A stretch of DNA of 64,000 nucleotides from Candidatus Poribacteria bacterium (GTDB taxonomy: Bacteria > Poribacteria > WGA-4E > PCPOR2b): positions 3,808,001 through 3,872,000 of the forward strand of contig OZ240245.1 in assembly GCA_965198175.1 (NCBI GenBank), given 5' to 3'. The notes beneath the pieces are model-generated. The model saw only the letters and a list, made by a program, of their open reading frames with translations. It did not search any database and had not been told where the DNA came from. A program made the position numbers and the translations under genes. This document shows positions 18,355-28,275 of this stretch, one piece after another (positions within the stretch are counted from its first letter, which is position 1; every line of letters starts with the position of its first letter).

Positions 18355-19752
18355 TCACAATCCACTATCATCCGTATCTCTATCGCCTTTGTTCAACCAA
18401 CCATAGGATTCCAGCTTGCGGTAAAGCGTTCGCAAGCCAATGCCCAACATCTCAGCAGCACGTTTTTTATTTCCGCCGGTTTCTGTTAAGGTGTTGGCAA
18501 TTGCCTCTTTTTCAATTTCATCCATTGTCATTCCAACCTTTGCGAAAGCATCATCTGAGGTTGGCGCGAGAAACGGGATTTCATTCTGGAATTCAGAGGC
18601 AAGATCCCTGAGTTCGATAGTATGCGATGTTGCCAAGATGACCGCCGTTTCGAGAACATTGCGTAGCTCACGGATGTTTCCAGGCCAATCAGCGTTTTTT
18701 AGATATTCCATCGCTTCAGGGGTAACATGGGTGAGCGATTTGTTATGCTCCTTGCTAAATTCTCTAATAAACGCCGTAACGAGAAGCGGAATATCTTCAT
18801 TGCGCTCTCTCAACGGGGGTACCGGCAGCGGAAATCGGTTGATTCGGTAATAGAGATCGGCTCGGAACGCATTGTCTTGCACAGCGCCTTCGAGATCCTT
18901 ATTTGTTGCAGCAATGACTCGGACATCAACGTGTAAGGTTTTATCCCCTCCAAGCCTGGTAAATTCGTGTTCGTCTAACACCCTCAAGAACTTAACCTGT
19001 GTTTCAAGTCCCATTTCCCCGATTTCATCAAGAAACAGCGTCCCGCCATCTGCTTGTTCGAATACTCCCCGTTTCATCGCAGTCGCGCCAGTAAAAGCGC
19101 CTCGCTCGTGACCAAAGAGTTCGCTTTCGAGAAGTTCGCGGTGAAGCGCACCACAGTTGATTGGTTTGTACGAACTGTCTCTCCGAGGACTGTGATTGTG
19201 AATTGCCTTCGCAATAAGTTCCTTTCCGACTCCACTTTCACCGGTAATAAGTACTGTTGCCTTTGTCGGAGCAACGAGCCGAATCTTGCGAAAGAGTTCC
19301 AGCATCTGTTTGGATCTGCCTATAATATTGTCAAATCCGAACTTGTCATCAAGCTGTTCCCTTAGGATGATATTTTGACGTAAGAGCAACTGCTTTTCCA
19401 GCGCGTTTATCACTGTTTGGCGCAAGGTATTGATCTCTATTGGCTTCTTGAGGTAATAAAACGCGCCTTCTCTCATTGCTTCAACTGCGCTATCAATCGT
19501 GCCATAGCCCGTTAAGATAATTACCTGTGTGTGGAGGTTATAATTTTGAATATACTTAAGCAGATCGATACCGCTCAAATCCGGCATCTTGAGATCCGTG
19601 ATAACAACATCGATATCTTCTTCGCGTAGGATTTCAAGCGCCTGATGTCCGCCCGACGCCGAAAAGAGCTGATACCCTTCACGTTCTAAGACTTCAATGG
19701 TTGTCTCAACGCTTGCCGTATCGTCGTCCACGACAAGTATTTTCGGGTTCAT
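18355..19752 (-). CDS. Sigma54-dependent response regulator (NtrC/AtoC family)
   Basis: Receiver domain (VVDDD, DLKMP), GESGVGKE, GAFTGA, WPGNIREL, Fis-type HTH. Confidence 0.95.
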   Translation of the reverse strand: MNPKILVVDDDTASVETTIEVLEREGYQLFSASGGHQALEILREEDIDVVITDLKMPDLSGIDLLKYIQNYNLHTQVIILTGYGTIDSAVEAMREGAFYYLKKPIEINTLRQTVINALEKQLLLRQNIILREQLDDKFGFDNIIGRSKQMLELFRKIRLVAPTKATVLITGESGVGKELIAKAIHNHSPRRDSSYKPINCGALHRELLESELFGHERGAFTGATAMKRGVFEQADGGTLFLDEIGEMGLETQVKFLRVLDEHEFTRLGGDKTLHVDVRVIAATNKDLEGAVQDNAFRADLYYRINRFPLPVPPLRERNEDIPLLVTAFIREFSKEHNKSLTHVTPEAMEYLKNADWPGNIRELRNVLETAVILATSHTIELRDLASEFQNEIPFLAPTSDDAFAKVGMTMDEIEKEAIANTLTETGGNKKRAAEMLGIGLRTLYRKLESYGWLNKGDRDTDDSGL

Positions 19753-20039
19753 CGCACCACCTGACCTTGGCATAAGCTATGCCAAACCGATTTCGGATTG
19801 TAATATTCCATCTTGCTCACTTAATACGACAATAGACAAGTATTGGCAATACGGTACAGGAACTTCCTGACCACATTACTGGCACAAGGATTATGCTATA
19901 GTGAATAACGCAAGCGTCCTAAAACTATCTGACCGTGCATAGTGTTCTTCAACTTAATTCGATTGATGAAGAAATTGAGGAATCTACTCGGAACTACAAT
20001 GCGAAAAAAAACAGCCTAATCCAGTAGTTGGAGATTCGC

Positions 20040-20837
20040 CTAATGCTTAACGCCTCTTTTTACCGGCAACAAGATTGAAAAGGTTGTGTTGTGATTAGCT
20101 TGGCTTCTCACCTTTACGCTACCACCATGGCTTTCAACGACTTGTTTTACAATGGCTAGACCAACACCTGTCCCATCTTCTTTCGTGGAAACAAACAAAT
20201 CGAAGATTCTGTCGAGAATGACCGCATCAATACCCTTGCCAGTATCTTCCACTTCGATTTGGATTTGCCCCTTCAAATCCCTTGCGCGAACAATGAGTTT
20301 TCCGCCGTCTTCCATCGCCTGATGGGCGTTAATCACCAAATTTAGCAGAGCCTGTTTGAATTGCGCTCGATCGAGTTGGGTGAGAGGGAGTTCTTGGATT
20401 TCACGGATGACCTGAATGTTCTGTCTTTGTGCTTCTGGCTCGTTAAAATCCAGAACCTCCTCAATGAGCATAGCAAGGTCAACAACTTCAAGCGTTAATG
20501 GAGACAGCCGAGCATAACGGCGAAAATCGGTTAATATCCGATTTAAATGTTCAACCTCTTGGCGAATGCGGCGAACGCGCTTTTGTAGATCTTTTCGATC
20601 TCTTTGGGTATCGGAAAAATCTTCCTCCAAGAGTTGAAGGTTCAAGCTCATACTATTCAGCGGATTCCGTATTTCATGAACCAATTCTCGAGCAAGTGCG
20701 CGCATCTGTTCATTATCTTTGCCGTTCGCTGATTGCCTGCCGTAGATGAACTTTTTTTGCCAAACAGAAGCAACGGCGATACAAACGATGAGAACTAGAA
20801 TGAATCCACCCAGAATGACCCACCAGACACTACTCAT
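20040..20837 (-). CDS. Sensor histidine kinase with a single N-terminal TM helix
   Basis: HEIRNPL, NLVINA, DTGKGI, GTGVGL; little or no extracellular sensor domain. Confidence 0.92.
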   Translation of the reverse strand: MSSVWWVILGGFILVLIVCIAVASVWQKKFIYGRQSANGKDNEQMRALARELVHEIRNPLNSMSLNLQLLEEDFSDTQRDRKDLQKRVRRIRQEVEHLNRILTDFRRYARLSPLTLEVVDLAMLIEEVLDFNEPEAQRQNIQVIREIQELPLTQLDRAQFKQALLNLVINAHQAMEDGGKLIVRARDLKGQIQIEVEDTGKGIDAVILDRIFDLFVSTKEDGTGVGLAIVKQVVESHGGSVKVRSQANHNTTFSILLPVKRGVKH

Positions 20838-21053
20838 AAAATCTTATAGGACGCCTCCTATAAAGAAAGGCATCATTCATGGCGTCTGGCGCTTGTCCCC
20901 ATGAAATCTGATGCTATGTTACTCGCCGGATGCCTTGTATCAAGATAATCGTCTAAGTTATGGAGATGAATTGTGGAATCGGGGAAAGTCGGTTGTCAAG
21001 CCGATAGCGATTGAACCGGAAGGGGCTATGCGATGAAGGTCAAATAATAATGA

Positions 21054-22214
21054 TTAAGCTGTCTGTCTTTGATTTCTTAGATGCCACACATGTAAAATCG
21101 GACTCGCAACAAAAATTGATGAATAAGTACCAACAACGACTCCAACAATCAGGGCGAACGCAAACGTGTTAATTTCCTCACCAGGACTTGATAGCGCAAA
21201 GACTGTGAGAACCACAAAGAACGTTGTCAATGAGGTGATAATGGTACGGCTCAGCGATTGGTTGATGCTTTGGTTGATAATATCAACATAGTCCACGCCT
21301 TTAAACAGGTTTGTATTTTCACGGATGCGATCAAAGACAACGATTGTATCATTGAGAGAGTAACCGATAATTGTCAGAAATGCCGCCACCGTTGGCAGAT
21401 TGATTTCTTTCACTAACAACGAAAAAATTCCTAATGTAATCAGCACATCGTGGATGAGAGCTGCAATCGCACCGACAGCAAACCGAAATTCAAATCGCCA
21501 GGAAATATACAAAAGCAGAATTACAATCGACCATAAAATCGACCACAAAGCCGCCCATTTAAGATCTTTCCCTACGCTCGGTCCCACCTCAGAGACGTTT
21601 ACACCCTGTGGCAGCGCGTGCCAATCGGCATCCCCTCTCAGTAAGGCATCCGAGAGTATCCGTCCAGCACTTGCTTGCATCTGCACCTCTGCTTCGGATG
21701 TAAAGTCAACGCCAATCGGCTCGGCGAGTTCAAACGTAATCATCTCATCTTGCTCCACAATTTCGCGGATTTCATTTCTCGCTCGCTTTTCTCCTTCAAT
21801 GAGTTGTATAACATCGCCAGACTGAAAAAGATGAACATATTCCACCGTAGGACGGATTTGAAGGCTTGCCGCTGTAGCGTCTCCGGGGTCTGAAGCCAAA
21901 AGGGCAGTAATCTTTTGGTCTTCAAATTCCGGTTGGTATCGCATATCAATTGATGCTTCCTGTTTCGCTTCATCTTCTTGAATCTTGGGACGATCGTAGC
22001 CAAGTTGTGCCAGTTTAGATTTGAGTTCTTTCTCCGTAACGGGACGGTTAAATTTTGCACGAATCTTGACACCCCCGCGAAAGTCAATTCCAAAATTGGG
22101 ACCATTGTGAATCCCAAGCGAAACCAATCCAATGATAATGAGAATTGTGGATAAGAAGAACCCTATCTTCCTTTTTCCGAGAAAATTGATATTTGTATTT
22201 CTTATTAGTTCCAA
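21054..22214 (-). CDS. secF: Protein translocase subunit SecF
   Basis: FGIDFRGG, VGPSVG, GYSLNDTIVVFDRIRE, GTYSS. Confidence 0.95.
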   Translation of the reverse strand: MELIRNTNINFLGKRKIGFFLSTILIIIGLVSLGIHNGPNFGIDFRGGVKIRAKFNRPVTEKELKSKLAQLGYDRPKIQEDEAKQEASIDMRYQPEFEDQKITALLASDPGDATAASLQIRPTVEYVHLFQSGDVIQLIEGEKRARNEIREIVEQDEMITFELAEPIGVDFTSEAEVQMQASAGRILSDALLRGDADWHALPQGVNVSEVGPSVGKDLKWAALWSILWSIVILLLYISWRFEFRFAVGAIAALIHDVLITLGIFSLLVKEINLPTVAAFLTIIGYSLNDTIVVFDRIRENTNLFKGVDYVDIINQSINQSLSRTIITSLTTFFVVLTVFALSSPGEEINTFAFALIVGVVVGTYSSIFVASPILHVWHLRNQRQTA

Positions 22215-22292
22215 CCCATTGTCTCCTTGCTATTTAGGCGTTAAGCGTCAGGTGTTAAGGTATAAGTCGTGAAAGGCGGTTCGGCACTGACC

Positions 22293-24263
22293 TCAAATGC
22301 TCAATTTCTTAACGTCGCGGCGTCCGATGATCCAACCGTACATTTCCCGTGTGACAACAATAGCCGTAAACATACTCGCGAGGATACCAATTCCTAACGT
22401 GACTGCAAATCCCCTGATGGGGCCCGTTCCAAAATGGTATAGTACCAGCGCGACAGCTAACGTCGTAACATTCGCATCAAGAATTGTCCAAAACGCCCGC
22501 TGATATCCGCTTACAATTGCAGACCATACGGTTTTCCCGGTACGTAGTTCCTCACGGATGCGTTCGAAAATGAGCACATTAGCATCAACGGAAATTCCTA
22601 TTGTCAAGACAAGCCCGGCAAGCCCAGGCAGCGTTAAAGCCGCACCGAACCCCGCGAGTGCACCTAAAATTACTATCATGTTAAACACAAGCGCAACAAG
22701 CGCAATTAGGCCCGACAGCTTATAGTAAATCACCATGAAGATAAGGACACACGTCATACCAATGATTGCGGCTTTAATCCCGTTATCAATGGCTTCCTTG
22801 CCTAGTGTCGGTCCCACGGTGCGTTCTTCCGCAATTTTAACCCCAGTTGGGAATGCGCCTGCTTTGAGGATGTTCGCCAAGTAATTCGCCTCCTCGAAGG
22901 TAAAATTCCCTTGAATCTGTGCCCCTCCAACAATTTTGTCCTTAATGACCGGCGCCGATTGAATTTTTCCATCAAGGAGAATTGCTAGATGTTCACCTAT
23001 GTGCTCTCCAGTGATTTCAGCGAACTTCCGACGACCTTGGGAATCGAAATTCATAAGCACTACAATGTCAAATTGTGTTTGCCCCGGAGCCGGGTCGGCG
23101 TTGGTGATTCGATCTCCCGTCAGTAAGATTGGACGTTCCAACACATACCAGTCCCCTGTCTCGTAGTGGTATCGAATTTCTGTGTTTTCAGGGGGATTAT
23201 CTGGCTGCGGGATATCCGGAGGACCTGACCATAAGTTGCCACCGGTCGGATGCTTCGCAACCAGTTTGAATTCTAAGCGTCCCATAGTTTTTACAATCCG
23301 TAAAGGTTTGGAGGAGTCCTTGGCGCCTGGCAATTCAACAATTATTCGCGGTCGGTTGGCTTCAGGTCGGATGGAAGGTTCAGCGACGCCAAACGCATCG
23401 ACACGGTTTCGCAAGACTATTAATACTTGTTCAATAGCTTGCTCGCTGTACTTTTCGATTCCAGAATCACTTAGGTAAATCCGATAGATGCCCCGGGTAT
23501 CGGTTTGAGACACTTCTTTCGCGTCCTCAAAAAACTCCTCTTCGTTAAGGATTCTCTCTACCTTCTCCAAATATTCCTGCTTTTGACTCTCGTCCGACCT
23601 GTATCTAGACGGAATCCCAACAATCACCTCCAAACCCTTTGGTCCCTCGACCTGCTCCACCACTCTTAAATCCTCTTTTCTGCATAAAATGTCTTTGTCG
23701 CGCTCGCGCATGCGATCTGGAATCGAGGAGATGCGTTCTCTGAGCAGTTCGTTTTTCGACTCTTCCAAATCAACTTCGAGAACAAGATGGACGCCGCCTT
23801 TCAGGTCCAACCCGAGTTTTAGGCGATTGTCCGGTATCAACCGACGCACGATTGTCGGGATGCGACCATTAAGGTGGAGATTAGCCAAAATCGTCGCTAG
23901 TTCTGTTTCATTCTTTTCGTCGGTGAATTTGGCCAAAAACTCGCGCTTTTCTGTTGTATCAAATTCATAGTCAGCACCTTCCTCAAATCCATGTTTACCC
24001 AACTGTGCTCGTAAAATATCCGAGAGTTCAATCACAGCATCGTTGAAATTGCTTCCTTCTGGGTATTGGATATCTTGCAGACCAACTTTTAACGCACCAT
24101 CTTCGGTTGTTTCAAAGTCGGGGAATTCCTCTTGCATCCAAAGGGAAAGATTTCCGTATAGTGGGTCGTAAAGGGAATCTGGGGTGGGAACAAGGTACAA
24201 CGCTGAAAACACAAATACAGCAATAATTAAAACGAGCTTCCAAACACTAAACCTGTACATCAA
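22293..24263 (-). CDS. secD: Protein translocase subunit SecD
   Basis: LGLDLKGG, RVDAFGVAEP, VDANVLIFERIREE, DANVTT. Confidence 0.95.
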   Translation of the reverse strand: MMYRFSVWKLVLIIAVFVFSALYLVPTPDSLYDPLYGNLSLWMQEEFPDFETTEDGALKVGLQDIQYPEGSNFNDAVIELSDILRAQLGKHGFEEGADYEFDTTEKREFLAKFTDEKNETELATILANLHLNGRIPTIVRRLIPDNRLKLGLDLKGGVHLVLEVDLEESKNELLRERISSIPDRMRERDKDILCRKEDLRVVEQVEGPKGLEVIVGIPSRYRSDESQKQEYLEKVERILNEEEFFEDAKEVSQTDTRGIYRIYLSDSGIEKYSEQAIEQVLIVLRNRVDAFGVAEPSIRPEANRPRIIVELPGAKDSSKPLRIVKTMGRLEFKLVAKHPTGGNLWSGPPDIPQPDNPPENTEIRYHYETGDWYVLERPILLTGDRITNADPAPGQTQFDIVVLMNFDSQGRRKFAEITGEHIGEHLAILLDGKIQSAPVIKDKIVGGAQIQGNFTFEEANYLANILKAGAFPTGVKIAEERTVGPTLGKEAIDNGIKAAIIGMTCVLIFMVIYYKLSGLIALVALVFNMIVILGALAGFGAALTLPGLAGLVLTIGISVDANVLIFERIREELRTGKTVWSAIVSGYQRAFWTILDANVTTLAVALVLYHFGTGPIRGFAVTLGIGILASMFTAIVVTREMYGWIIGRRDVKKLSI

Positions 24264-24280
24264 TTTCTCCTAGACTAAGA

Positions 24281-24356
24281 TGGTGCACCTGGGAGGATTC
24301 GAACCCCCGACACGAGGCTTAGGAAGCCTCTGCTCTATCCTCTGAGCTACAGGCGC
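24281..24356 (-). tRNA. tRNA-Arg (anticodon CCT)
   Basis: GCGCCTGTAGCTCAG...GAGGC-TT-CCT-AA-GCCTC...GGTTCGAATCC...GGTGCACCA; 76 nt with encoded CCA. Confidence 0.96.
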
Positions 24357-24416
24357 AGACTTCCTGCGTTGCATACCAATAATCCATTTAAGCGCATAAG
24401 TATAGCATATCGGATG

Positions 24417-24932
24417 TTAAAATTCAATTAGAGAAAAAATATCGTAATCTGAGAATTTCTCGCGCCCTTTTAGAAAGGTAAGTTCAATCAATACGGGGAT
24501 CCCAATTACGTGTCCCCCCAGTTTTTCAACGAGTTCAATGGAAGCTGCAATTGTGCCACCCGTTGCAATAACGTCATCACAGATTAACACACGACTCTCC
24601 GCCGGAAATGCGTCCTGGTGGATTGTCAGCGTATCGGTCCCGTACTCTAGGTCATAACTAGCCTCAAAGGTATCAAAAGGTAGTTTGCCCTTTTTACGAA
24701 TAGGGACGAAGCCGACACCCAATCGGCATGCTAACGCGCCACCGAGAATAAAACCCCGCGCATCAATACCAACAACAACATCAACCGCAGTCGGTTCATA
24801 ATGAGATGCCATCACATGAATTGCATCTGGAAAGGCGGTTTTGTCTTTGAGTAGAGGTGTGATATCTTTGAAAACGATTCCCGGTTTGGGAAAATTGGGA
24901 ATATCGCGAATAAACTTAGAGAAATCGGCCAT
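24417..24932 (-). CDS. apt: Adenine phosphoribosyltransferase
   Basis: IPNFPKPGIVFKDITP, ARGF, YDLEYG, DDVIATGGT. Confidence 0.96.
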   Translation of the reverse strand: MADFSKFIRDIPNFPKPGIVFKDITPLLKDKTAFPDAIHVMASHYEPTAVDVVVGIDARGFILGGALACRLGVGFVPIRKKGKLPFDTFEASYDLEYGTDTLTIHQDAFPAESRVLICDDVIATGGTIAASIELVEKLGGHVIGIPVLIELTFLKGREKFSDYDIFSLIEF

Positions 24933-25087
24933 TAAATCACTCCAATCTAGATGTGGGACGATGCGGCTGGAGGTCGGTCCTTTCTGTTATCGGCGAAACC
25001 TGTGCGCCCCACCCAATCTTGAAGTCAGTTAGATTTGTTGGCAACTTTGAAGGATTAAATGATTGCAGGGTTGCCCATTCTTCGTAA

Positions 25088-25945
25088 TTATTGAAAGGCT
25101 TCGTGGGTTTGTTGGACAATATGCGCAATGTCATCACGCCAGTCGGGTGGGTGCTCTCCAGAATTCCGATTCATCCAAAGAAGATATTCGATATTACCTG
25201 CGGGACCTTGAATTGGTGAATACGTGAGACCCATAACGGGCCAGTCTATCTCCTGGGCAAATTGGATAATCTCCTGAAGCACGTGAACATGGATATGGGG
25301 ATGCCGCACAACACCTCCCTTGCCTACATGTTTTCGTCCAGCCTCGAACTGAGGTTTTACCAGTGCGATAATATCTCCCTTGGATTCAACAATCTGGCTA
25401 ACAACCGGTAAGACTTTCTGAAGTGAGATAAAGGCGACATCTATGACGCCAATTTCAACCGGTTCATCGAAAAGATTTAGGTCAATCGTACGGATGTTGG
25501 TCCGCTCTATAGGGCAAACCCGCGGATCTATACGAAGACGCCAGGCAAGCTCACCATAACCAACATCAACTGCATACACAAATTTTGCTCCGTGCTGAAG
25601 CAGACAATCTGTAAAGCCGCCGGTCGATGCTCCAACATCAACGGCGACTTTCTCGTGAACATTGGTCTGGAAAATCTTCAACCCTTTTTCTAACTTTAAC
25701 CCGCCCCGACTTACGTACCGTAACGGGCGCTTGACATCAATGGTTGCACCGACGGGTATAAGACGTCCTGGCTTGACCTTCGGTTCACCTTCGACGAGAA
25801 CCTGTCCGGCGAGGATTAACTGTTTCGCCCGTTCACGACTTTCGGCGAGTCCTCGTTCAACAACTAACATATCGAGCCTCTTTTTCCGAGAACCTAAGAT
25901 TGTTGGAGATGGGAGCTTTTCTACCATCTCACCTGCTCCTGACAT
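25088..25945 (-). CDS. tlyA: TlyA-family rRNA methyltransferase
   Basis: S4 domain, YVSRGGLKL, DVGASTGGFT, LVKPQFE, GNIEY. Confidence 0.93.
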   Translation of the reverse strand: MSGAGEMVEKLPSPTILGSRKKRLDMLVVERGLAESRERAKQLILAGQVLVEGEPKVKPGRLIPVGATIDVKRPLRYVSRGGLKLEKGLKIFQTNVHEKVAVDVGASTGGFTDCLLQHGAKFVYAVDVGYGELAWRLRIDPRVCPIERTNIRTIDLNLFDEPVEIGVIDVAFISLQKVLPVVSQIVESKGDIIALVKPQFEAGRKHVGKGGVVRHPHIHVHVLQEIIQFAQEIDWPVMGLTYSPIQGPAGNIEYLLWMNRNSGEHPPDWRDDIAHIVQQTHEAFQ

Positions 25946-26074
25946 AAACAGTTACACTAATTTTCCAAATGAAAGTGTATTATGCTGTAGTAGCGATTTT
26001 CAAGTTTTGAATTTGTAAGAATCAACATGTCCTCGATTTGCACAACATCCGCGAAATACGGTGCGATCCTTGTT

Positions 26075-27934
26075 CTACAAGGCTTTGGCAAGTTTTGAGC
26101 CCTCGCGGACGATTCCATCTGCATCACAACCACAGAGGTGATATAAAGCATTCACCTCACCGTGATCTATGAACTGATCTGGAATGCCGATACGCTTTAC
26201 CTGTATCTTCGTTAAGCCGTAGTCGGCGAACATCTCCAGAATTGCACTCCCGAAACCACCCATCAGAACACCGTCTTCAACCGTGATGACCTTTTCGATT
26301 CGCTCGGCTAACGGAAGAATTAGCTCTGCGTCAAGAGGTCTGACGAATCGAGCATTCACCACCGTTGCAGATATTCCCGAATCTTCCATAACGTCAGCCG
26401 CCTCCAAAGCGGGGTGCACGCGATTCCCAATTGCCAGAATGAGTAGATTTTCCCCGCTGCGGAGGATTTCCGCTTTGCCGACAGGGATGGACTGTGGTTG
26501 GGTTGCCATCGGCACACCGACACCCGTTCCTCGTGGATAGCGCAATGCTATGGGACCCTTTTCATATTCGACTGCTGTTTTGACCATGTGTTGCAATTCA
26601 TCCTCGTCCTTCGGCGCCATTACAACCATATTTGGAAGATGGCGGAGATATGCGAAGTCAAAAACGCCGTGGTGGGTCGGCCCATCTGCGCCGACAAGCC
26701 CAGCACGATCCAAGACGAAGATGACAGGAAGATTTTGCACGCAAACATCGTGAACAACCTGATCATAACCTCGCTGTAAGAAAGTTGAGTAGATTGCGAC
26801 GACAGGTTTTACATCTTGGGTTGCTAGACCCGCGGCGAAGGTGACAGCACACTGTTCAGCCAATCCAACATCGAAGAAACGCTTGGGAAAAACTTGCTGA
26901 AATTTTACCAGACCTGTGCCGGTTGGCATTGCTGCGGTTATACCCACAATTCTCGAGTCGTTACTGGCAAGCTTGATTAAGGTGCTGCTGAAAACATCGG
27001 TATATTTCGGGTTCAATGATTTAGATCTCAACGACTTTCCCGTGTCGAGATCGAACTTGCCACTGACACTATAAAAGGAAACCGGATCTACCTCGGCAGG
27101 ACGATAACCTTTGCCTTTCTTAGTAACCGCATGGACGAGAATAGGCTGATGCATATCCTTAACGCCTTCAAGTATTTCCAGCAACGCCTCCAAGTTATGA
27201 CCGTCGATCGGACCGAAATAGCGGAAACCGAACTCCTCGAAAAGCGTTCCAGGCTTGAGAGCTGCCTCGATTTTGCTAGCAACCTGTTTGGCTTCGGGTG
27301 AGATGAGATTGATGAGTTCCTTTGCTCTTGCGCGGAGTACATTGTAAGTGGGACTTGTCACTATTCGATTGAAATACTTTGAAAACGCTCCGACTGTCTC
27401 GGAAATCGACATTTGATTATCGTTGAGTATAACGATGATGTCTTTTTTGAAATCGCCTATCGCATTCAGTCCTTCGAATGCCAAACCGCCTGTCAACCCG
27501 CCATCTCCGATAACAGCGACAACTTTGTAATCTTCGTCGTTGAATTCACGCGCCGTTGCAACGCCTAACGCTGCTGCGAGTGACGTGCTCGAATGCCCGG
27601 CGCCAAAGACATCGTACTCACTTTCTGCACGGCTGAGGAAGCCGCTAATACCGCCATACTGGCGAAGTGTAGTAAATCGATCATGGCGCCCAGTCAACAG
27701 CTTGTGGGGATAAGCTTGGTGTCCGATATCCCAAATCACTTTGTCGTGTGGGGTGTCGAAGACATAGTGCAGCGCGATTGCAAGCTCGATAGTTCCTAAA
27801 TTTGGTGCAAAATGCCCCGGCTGTTTCGACAGAACCGACAGAAGATATTCACGCATCTCTTTGGCTAGCTGTTTCAGTTCATTGAGATTTAGAGATTTCA
27901 AATCGGTCGGACTACCAATCCTTCCTAACAACAT
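26075..27934 (-). CDS. dxs: 1-deoxy-D-xylulose-5-phosphate synthase
   Basis: WDIGHQAYPHK, GDG...NDNQMSI, GPIDGH, DRAGLVGADGPTHHG. Confidence 0.97.
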   Translation of the reverse strand: MLLGRIGSPTDLKSLNLNELKQLAKEMREYLLSVLSKQPGHFAPNLGTIELAIALHYVFDTPHDKVIWDIGHQAYPHKLLTGRHDRFTTLRQYGGISGFLSRAESEYDVFGAGHSSTSLAAALGVATAREFNDEDYKVVAVIGDGGLTGGLAFEGLNAIGDFKKDIIVILNDNQMSISETVGAFSKYFNRIVTSPTYNVLRARAKELINLISPEAKQVASKIEAALKPGTLFEEFGFRYFGPIDGHNLEALLEILEGVKDMHQPILVHAVTKKGKGYRPAEVDPVSFYSVSGKFDLDTGKSLRSKSLNPKYTDVFSSTLIKLASNDSRIVGITAAMPTGTGLVKFQQVFPKRFFDVGLAEQCAVTFAAGLATQDVKPVVAIYSTFLQRGYDQVVHDVCVQNLPVIFVLDRAGLVGADGPTHHGVFDFAYLRHLPNMVVMAPKDEDELQHMVKTAVEYEKGPIALRYPRGTGVGVPMATQPQSIPVGKAEILRSGENLLILAIGNRVHPALEAADVMEDSGISATVVNARFVRPLDAELILPLAERIEKVITVEDGVLMGGFGSAILEMFADYGLTKIQVKRIGIPDQFIDHGEVNALYHLCGCDADGIVREGSKLAKAL

Positions 27935-28029
27935 CGCTCAACTCCTTGTAGATTTGGCGAATCGATGATTCATGCTCTCTGTATTCTTATACACCTAAAA
28001 CGACTCTTACCGTTTAAAAGCCCTTGACT

Positions 28030-28275
28030 TTATGTATCGTTCTCCTCCGTCTCAAATGGCACTGTTGAAAGATTGTCTTCGTCTAGCGCAACCAACTGTT
28101 CCACACGAAGTTCTGCGCTGTCAAGCTTTTGACGACAAATTCGCGTTAGCCGGATGCCTTCCTCAAAAGCCTGCAGCGATTCGTCTAGGGGCAACGAATC
28201 CCCGCGATCCAAGTGGTTAACCACCTCCTCCAGCTTCGCCAAAGTTTCTTCAAAACTCATTTCTTCAGCCATCAA
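28030..28275 (-). CDS. xseB: Exodeoxyribonuclease VII small subunit
   Basis: SFEETLAKLEEVV..L...LPLDESLQAFEEG. Confidence 0.92.
   Translation of the reverse strand: MMAEEMSFEETLAKLEEVVNHLDRGDSLPLDESLQAFEEGIRLTRICRQKLDSAELRVEQLVALDEDNLSTVPFETEENDT

Noticed and set aside
19879..19899. TGGCACAAGGATTATGCT as a sigma54 promoter
   Set aside because: GG-GC spacing is 12 rather than the required 10.
20880..20936. ZTP riboswitch assignment for the kinase leader
   Set aside because: GGCG, GGGGA and CGCC are present, but the 3' CGCCUGGGC hairpin and gene context do not fit.
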